Part shown: positions 56,448-64,000 of the stretch, one piece after another
Numbering within the stretch: the first letter of the stretch is position 1
How the letters are laid out: the number at the start of each line of letters is the position of its first letter
From: Sminthopsis crassicaudata
Lineage: Eukaryota
Length of the DNA stretch: 64,000 bases
NCBI RefSeq assembly: GCF_048593235.1
Contig: NC_133617.1
Coordinates: 524,376,958 to 524,440,957, forward strand
Reading direction: 5' to 3'
The notes under the pieces: generated by a model
The model's database searches: none
What the model was told of the DNA's origin: nothing
What the model saw: only the letters and a program-made list of their open reading frames with translations
Program-made: the position numbers and the translations under genes

Positions 56448-58758
56448 CTGGGAAGAAGGGAAGAGAGGAGAGTACAGGTTGGAGAATTGATTGTAAAGAT
56501 TGAATGGCTGTGGGTGGAGAGTGACTGCAGTAGAATATGACCAGAACTATATGGCACATTGCGGGCAAGGGAAGATAGCTGCCTCCCCCACCCTTGCCAG
56601 ATGTTAGACAAATGTGCTTCTGAAATTAAGGGAAACATCTGTGATGGGGAGAGGGAAGCTGAAGACTTGGAGCAAAACGGACTAGCTTCCTTTTGGTGCC
56701 AAGGCTGAGGCTGAAGTTTGGCCCTGCTTCAGCTGTGGATTCTGCCAGATGTGGGAGGGGAAGGTGGGTGGGACCTCAGAGGGAATGTGAGGGCCTCAGG
56801 CTTGGGGACCAGTCTGGTAGTGCCAGCGTCTAATCACCTCTCCTTCCCCAGGGCCCTCATCTCCAAATGACCAAAACTGGTGAATGGCGGGGAAATAGCC
56901 AAGAGGAATGGAGACAGAGTGGAGTATTACCTGCTCCCCCATCTTCAAAACCAGTTACATAGAGAGTGTAGCCATCTTCCTCTGCGTTGATAGCATTGGG
57001 GGAAATAGAGAATTCTGTGTACTTGGCATGGGCTGTATTGTTCTCAAAGTCTTCCAAGTCTACACGCAGCTCATACTTTTGCTTCAGAGTGAGGAGGTGG
57101 ATATTCTGCAGCCCTAGAAGGCCAAGGGAGGTTAGGAGCCCGTCAGTCTCCCAATGCTCCCACCCCAGAATTCAAGTCATCAGTCCCTGGCTGTCTCTCA
57201 GCCTCCACACCCTTGCTAGACGTCTGCCCTCCAGGCCCCGGTTCCTTTCACCTTACCTAGCCAGTACTCCCCATCAGCTCGACCAAAACCCAGCTTGTAG
57301 TCATTCCAGCCTCTGAAGAAGCTGACAGAACCATTGAATCTCTTCTGGAAAACCTAGAGCCAAGAAAGTAGGAAACTGAACTGGGTAAAGCCTGATGGAG
57401 GTAGAGAGTATGAGTTTTGTTTGAAATTGATCCTGGTATCCCTTGAATCAATTTTTGTTTTCAGGTTTTCCTTCACTTACTAGTCTCTCCTCAATCAGCA
57501 TGTTCTTGTTACCCACTTTCTCTGATCCTCCTTTTTATAGAATCCAAAAGTCAACCAAAAGTGATCTTAGAGCTCATCTAGTACAATACTCATTTTATAG
57601 ATGGAGGCATAGGGATCTAAAGCAATCAATCATACAGCTTAGATGGCTGTCTAGTCTCCCTGCCTTGCGACTGCTTAGTAGCACTCTTATGTGTCTTACC
57701 GTCCATTTGCCCTCATCAGTGTTCATATCACAGAAGACTGGCACGGGAACACTAGGTCCTGACGGATAGATAAGGTAAACCCCATCAGCTCGGTAACCTT
57801 GCGCATAGATGTCATCACAGTCCAGGGGCTGCTGAGCGCAGGGTTTTTCCAGAGCTAAGAGAAAGAGAAGAAGGAACATCAGTTATTCTCTGGGGTGAAT
57901 GAATTCTCGACTCCCATCCTGATTTTCTACAGGGGTGGGAAATCTTGCTGTTTTATAGATCCAAGAAGCTAAAAGAGATCATGTTTTCCAAACTTGCCAT
58001 TTTGCTGACATACCGAGGTACAAAGTTCCTCAGCAAGTCAGGGACAGAACTGGGATTTGCATTTACGTCTCCTGATTGCCTGTTTAGTGCACTATCTCTC
58101 TATTCTCACAACTAACCTCTCTACCCCTAACTAGATGCTTTTGATGTCCTTGGTTCAGAACTCTCTCCACCCATCCTATCCCTCTGATTCAAAGGAATGC
58201 TTTTCCCGGCATCACCTTAGCCCCTTCTGTCAAGGGATTGGGGTGTGAATGAACTTACCGTCTCCCCGGATTCCAGAAGACTGAGAGGAGCAGCAGGGAG
58301 TATGAAGGAAGAGGAAGAATAGCAACAGAGCGACCTGGAGAGCATAAGAGAGTCACATATACAGATCCCCGGAAGTTTCCAACATCAGCCCTAAAGTCAA
58401 TTTGGTGTATTAAGATTCTTACTTGAGAGACAGTATTTTAGAATCCCCCCCCCCAAATTTCCTTCCTTTGACTAATTTCCAAAAATCTAATACCCCTGAC
58501 CAACTTAATAGTGCCCCTACATGATAAGGCCTCCTTCCATCCCAAATCATAATGGAAAACAACTACTTTCCATTCCTTAGTTTTATCTCCCTCCAGCATC
58601 CTCTGCATCCTCTCAGTTTATTGTACCCACATAAAAAGGTAGTCATTTCTAATTGTGTAAGAGTCTCCCTTGGGTGACAGATTCATGCTAGGCCGTAATA
58701 GTGGCCTGTGTGGTAGGAGATTCCTGTCTGGGGCCAAGTTTTCTCCCAATACCTTCAT
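56200..58758 (-). CDS. MFAP4: Microfibril-associated glycoprotein 4, 6 coding exons, 254 aa (gene span)
   Basis: join(58758-58753,58334-58259,57854-57700,57353-57257,57113-56931,56447-56200) = 765 nt in frame; signal peptide, RGD motif and fibrinogen C-terminal domain. Confidence 0.97.
56931..57113 (-). CDS. MFAP4: MFAP4 exon 5
   Basis: tag|GGCTGCAG; [31 protein letters not shown]...FEDGGA; G|gtaata. Confidence 0.97.
57257..57353 (-). CDS. MFAP4: MFAP4 exon 4
   Basis: [32 protein letters not shown]; G|gtaagg. Confidence 0.97.
57700..57854 (-). CDS. MFAP4: MFAP4 exon 3
   Basis: [21 protein letters not shown]...[10 protein letters not shown]; ACG|gtaaga. Confidence 0.97.
58259..58334 (-). 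CDS. MFAP4: MFAP4 exon 2 (signal peptide and RGD)
   Basis: ctctccag|[25 protein letters not shown] + G|gtaagt. Confidence 0.93.
58753..58758 (-). CDS. MFAP4: MFAP4 exon 1 coding part (MK)
   Basis: gacaacATGAAG|gtattg; the 2-codon first exon matches the mammalian MFAP4 structure as I recall it. Confidence 0.85.
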
Positions 58759-60521
58759 GTTGTCCGCTCAGCTCGGAGGCTGTTCTCTCTCTGCAGTGCT
58801 GGGACAGGACAGAGTTATTTGTCTGAGCACCAGCCAGGTCTTCCCAGATCCCTCCCCCCATCCCCTTGTCTGCAATCTCCCCCTCCCCCTTCCCTTACTG
58901 AAACAGGATCAGTTTACACTAGAAGGAGGAGGGGGTCAGGGGTGGGGGTGAATGGGAATAGGGCCAGTGGGACACCTGGCTCTCATTACAGGCTGTCTGA
59001 GAAAAACCACAGCAGACGTTAACTCATTGCTGGACCCAGCGATCTAGCCCCCCAACCTATGTGTTCCCTTGTGAGACTCTACTTCCCTCTCAAGTTAGAG
59101 ATGCTCTGATCTTGTTCTCAGCTTATCATTGCAGTTCCCACTTTCTTCTCTTGCTCTCGGCTACCCTATTTTAGTCCTCTCCATATTCCTTTTCCCAATG
59201 GTTCCCCTTACAGACATCTGTTTATTTTCTCTTCTTTTTTTCTGATCTGCATTTAATCAGTCATCCCCCCCCCCGGGGGGGGGGGGAGTTGGAAGGGAAT
59301 GGAGTCCAATAGGGAGAAATGAGGGTTTTGAGGTAGTATGCCTGAATTCTAAAAAGGGAAAACAATTGGAGAGTGGAAGGCAAGGTGCCAAGGTTATATG
59401 AGGGGAGTGGAGATTGGAAAAAGACAAGATACCTAATTTGTGAATCCCTGTCTTAGGACTTAACTCTGTCTCTTGGGAATCTAGTAAGGATGTCGTGAGG
59501 GGGAACAGATTGCCGGAGGTTAGAGGGTGAGTGAGGAGGGGTAAAGGGGGCTGAGTCGTGTTTGCTGGCTAAGCTGGGACATTTCTGAGCTGTGAGCACA
59601 GACTCTGTCCCCACTCCAGCCTCTCTGTCTGTCCCCAGTTTGAGCCAGCAGCACCCCCACCTCCGTCTCCTTTTTGTGCCCAGTCTCTTTCTCACGGCTT
59701 TTCACTCAGTTTATCCCAGTCAATCCCAGTTCACATGATTCCTCCATTTCTATACATAATGATGTCTTGTTACCTCAGATCAGTATCAGTCTTAGTCTCT
59801 CCTGTGTTTTTTCTCAGTCTCTTGGTTTCTCTAAATTACTTTAAAGAGGATTTCTTCTTTCAGAGAAATTCTTCCCCATAGCTTTCAGGAACTTTTGCCT
59901 TTTGAAGGGCAAAATGACAGAGGGGATGGTATATGGCAAGGATGTGTGAGGACACCTGAACAGCAAGGTCAGTCTCAAGTTTGCAGAGCTGTGTGAGAGA
60001 TTGAGATGAAGATAGCAGAAAAAGAAAGGTTGGCTTTGTATAAAACTGGTCCCAAAACAGAACTAGGGTCATCGAGGCCAAACAAGAACCTACTTTGGAA
60101 CTCCCACTGCAGAAATTCAAGGCAGGTCTGGTGGTGAGCAGAATCATTCCGGGAAAGGCACTGAAGTGTAGGATTGGAAATCAAAGCAATCCACTCCAGG
60201 AAAACGCCTGGAAACACAGGGCTGCATTCTGCAATAATTGTGCCCTAGAAGCATACTTGATTTTCCAGTTACATGTAAACTAAATTTTTAACATTTGTTT
60301 TCTAAAAAAATTTGAACTTCAAATTCTCTCTCCCTCTCTCTCCTCCTCCTTCTTTGAGAAGGAAAGTAATTTTATATAGATTATATGTATACAATCATGC
60401 AAAATATCTCCATGTTAGCCAAGTTGTGAAAGAAAAAACAGACCAAAATAAACAAAAACAAAAACAAACAAACAAAAAAGTGGTTTTGTTTTTGTTTTTG
60501 TTTTTTTAAGGCATGCTTCTA

Positions 60522-61093
60522 GTGGGACACTAATACATTGTTGGTGGAACTGTGAACGGATCCAACCATTATGGAGAGCAGTTTGGAACTATGCTCAAAA
60601 ATTATCAAATTGTGCATAATCTATGATCCAGCAGTGTTAACTACTGGGCTTATATCCCAAAGAGATCTTAAAGAAGGGAAAGGGACTTTTATGTGCAAAA
60701 ATGTTTGTGGCAGCCCTCTTTGTAGTGGCAAGGAACTGGAAACTACATGGATGCCCATTGGAGAATGTCTGAATAAATTGTGGTCTATGAATAATATGGA
60801 ATATTATTGTTCTGTAAGAAATGACCAGCAGGATGATTTCAGAAAGGCCTGGAGAGACTTAAATGAACTGATGCTGAGTGAAATGAGCAGAACTAGGAGA
60901 TCATGATACATGACAACAACAAGACTATACAATGATCAATTCTGATGGATGTGTCTCTCTTCAGCAATGAGATGATTCAAACTCGTGACAAAGACAGCCC
61001 TTTACACCCAGAGAGAGGACTGTGTGAACTGAATATGGTTCACAACATAGCATTTTCACTTTTTTTTGTTGTTGTTTGCTTGCATTTATTTTG

Positions 61094-61130
<37 letters not shown>

Positions 61131-61380
61131 CTTTTTTTTTTTTTTACTGGTTTGATTTGATTTTTCTTGTGCAGCACAATAATTGTATAAATATGTATGC
61201 ATATATTGGACTTAACATGCATTTCTACCATGTTTAACATTTATTGGACTACTTGCTATCTAGGGAAGGGCATGGGGGAAGGGGGGAAAATTGGAACATA
61301 AGATTTTGCAAAGGCTAATGTGGAAGAATTGTCCATGCTATATGTTTGAAAATTAAAAAGCTTTAATAAAGGGGGAAAAA
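60522..61380 (+). mobile_element. 5'-truncated L1 (ORF2 C-terminus + 3' UTR)
   Basis: WMPIGECLNKLWSMNNMEYYCSVRND...LMLSEMSRTRRS, then 3' UTR and AATAAA with an A-rich end; internal (CT)n at about 61096-61125. Confidence 0.9.
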
Positions 61381-64000
61381 AGGTTTAAAAAGCATGCTTC
61401 TATCTGCATTTAGATTCTGTCAGTTCTTACTCTGAAGGGGATAACATTTTTTATTATAAGACCTTAGGCAGTGTCTTGGATCATTGTATTACTGAAAACA
61501 ATTAATTTTTTCACAATCGGTCATTGCTGTTACTGTATACAATGTTTTCCTGGTTCTGCTCATTCATTTTGTATTAGTCACATACTTTACAAATTTTTCT
61601 GAAACCATTGGATGCATACTTGAATCTGGATATACTTGGGAAATTATTGTGGTATTGGTATGCCAAAAGCTAAATGTGATTAAACTGGCTTCAGGAAATG
61701 AGAGGGATGAAAATGGAGGTCTTCTCATACCCAGAAATCTATCTTTCCTTGGCCTTTTCTATCTGGACTTATAAGATAGTGTGTAATTTCTCCATGTTAA
61801 TCTGTGTCTGAATATTCAGGATGATATTTTTTCAATATTAATTGTTCTAGATTCCGGAAATGCAGGCTAAGTTTAGTGCAAATCTAAGAAAACACAATTA
61901 GGAAGGTAAGCTACTGCTCAAAACATTATACATTCTAAAACTCAGCCATGAAAGACTTTTGAACTCTTGCCTATTTGGAATCATTTGAACCACTGTTTCT
62001 CCTCTAAAGTCCTATTCTTAATCTGGATTTCTCATCAGTGACCTTGGGTTCTTAGGCTATTCAATAACTGAATAACTTAACTATTCTCAGTAATACACAA
62101 TAATGCACGACAATTCCAAAGGACTTATGATGAAAAATGCTGTTCATCTCCAGAGAAAGAACTGATGGACTCTGAATACAGTTGAAACTCACTTTTTTTT
62201 GTCTTTGTTTTCTTTCAAAACATAGTTAATAGGGAAATATGTTTTACCTGACTGCATATGTTTAATCTATATCAAGTTGCTTGCCTTCTCAAGGAAGGGA
62301 GAGGAAAAGGAGGGAGAGAGAGAGACAGTTTGGGAGGGGAAAGCTATTCCCAGAGAGTGCTGTGGTTTGATAAATCTCTTTAAAAGCTTTGAGATTGATA
62401 ATAGAACATGTCCTCAGAAGTCTTGGTATGGTTTTAAACTTTGGCAAGCTTAATGCAGTTTTTAGTTTTAGTAGCTTAAAACCACAGCTAGGTGTTACAG
62501 TGGATAAAGCATCCACCTTTGAAGTCAGGAAAACCTGGATTCAAATCCAGCCTCAGACTCTTACTAGTGTGTGATTCTGGACAGATCCCTTAACTTTGTT
62601 TGCTTCAATTTCCTCCTCTTCCTCACAAAGAGTTGGACATGACTGAAAAACTACTAAACAACAAAAGTTTAAAACCACACTAAGTCTTTTGAGACCACTA
62701 TATGTTCATTGTTCAAGGACTAGCCCACATAAATTTGAAGAGGATCATCACAAAAATACTGATTTTTGGTCCCTGACCCTAGAAGCTCTACACAAATGAG
62801 ATCTCTTCCAATTGCTTCTGTTTACATGTGTGCCAGGGAAGATGGGATTAGGGGCTGAGGCAGAAAACCAGATGGTTCACATTCATTTTGATACTTGCTT
62901 TGGGAGAATTTAACAATATTCTATCAAAAAAATTATGAAAACAAAACTTCAGGTTATCTTGAACCCTCCAGTTGTTAGAAATCCAAGTTACAGAAAAGTT
63001 TCTCTTTTATGTAGTTTTCCATAGTCTTCCTCTCTTACCTTTGAGCAAAGGAAATACAGATCAATAATGCATTGAGTTAACCACAGTTTTCTCTTAGTAC
63101 TCAGTTTTAGAGACTAGGTGGACAGAAAATAGACTCTAAAGAAGCAGATGTAAATGTTGTTCTGAAGAAGGAGAGAATAATTTAATATATGGAAACATAG
63201 TTATGCTGGCTATCTCTCTTATCCCTTATATCCTTACCTCCTCTTTCTTTTCTTTCTTAAAGGGAAAGACACTGGATTTGAAGTCAGAAAACTCAAGTTT
63301 GAATCTTAGCTCTTTCACTTAATATTGGATGATCTGGATTGTCATAATCTTTGCCTCAGTTTCCCCAACCACAAAATATGTAAATTAAATTAGGTAATCT
63401 CTGAGGTTTTTCTTTAGTTCTTATTCTTATTTTCCTTTCTTTTTTTCTAATTCTTCATTTTCCCACTCCTAACTCTCCCTTTTCTGTCTCCTTTTACTTC
63501 AACAAACATTTATTAAGCATCTCCTATTGGCAGAACATTGTGCTAGGTGCTGAGAAAGATATAATTAAATAAGTAATAGTTCCTACCCTAATGGAACTCA
63601 CAATCTAATAGAGACAAGGCATATACATAAATTGTGATACAAAATGAGATAGGATCAGTAGATGTGAAATGAAAAACCAGCGCTGTGGAGTGCTGAAAGA
63701 TGAAAGGTGGGGAGATGAGAAAAAGCTTCATGAAAGAAATGAAATTTGAGCTGCACCTTAAAGGATAGGTAGAATAGGAGACAAAAGTGGAAATAGAGGG
63801 AATAGGCTGAATTAAGTCAAAGAAGTCAAACAAATAGAGAACAGCAAATGGTCCATTCTGGTTGGAGCATAGGAGCCCTAAGGACAATAATGTGAGTAAC
63901 CTTTTTCCCTCTCTCTTCTTTCTCAGTTCGTCCTTTCAAGGCTGAGTTTTTACGCTATGGTAGAAACTGGAAGATGATTCTTTACCTCCATGCTGAGAAT

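Noticed and set aside
59000-64000. Next syntenic gene (RNF112 in eutherians, from memory)
   Set aside because: No recognisable coding exons; the region is L1, SINE and L2/MIR-type repeats.

Overview
Eukaryotic genomic DNA from a marsupial. CORE-SINEs of WSINE1/MAR1 type, marsupial-type L1/RTE fragments and OC1-like hAT elements suggest a dasyurid (inference from repeats recalled from memory). The window covers the B9D1-MAPK7-MFAP4 block: B9D1 coding exons 1-3 (- strand, 1054-4949, gene continues off the left edge), complete MAPK7/ERK5 (+, 47633-54270, 6 coding exons, 779 aa) and complete MFAP4 (-, 56200-58758, 6 exons, 254 aa). The main finding is a fourth gene in the 42.7 kb between B9D1 and MAPK7, where I know of no coding gene in human or mouse. 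It is a complete 5-exon, 277-aa secreted trypsin-fold (S1A) pseudo-protease (-, 10413-16963). I rebuilt it by hand; coding exons 1 and 2 are not recoverable from the ORF track. The ORF is intact with GT-AG introns in phases 1-2-1-0, yet all three catalytic residues, the IVGG activation motif, D194 and the S1 pocket are replaced. Its 5' end lies in a cluster of five solo LTRs, two of which are a near-identical inverted pair flanking the signal-peptide exon. The rest is repeat-rich intergenic DNA (LTRs, L1, L2, RTE, SINEs, a Tigger fossil, OC1-like MITEs) with three N gaps. All alignments were done by eye; no database search was run.
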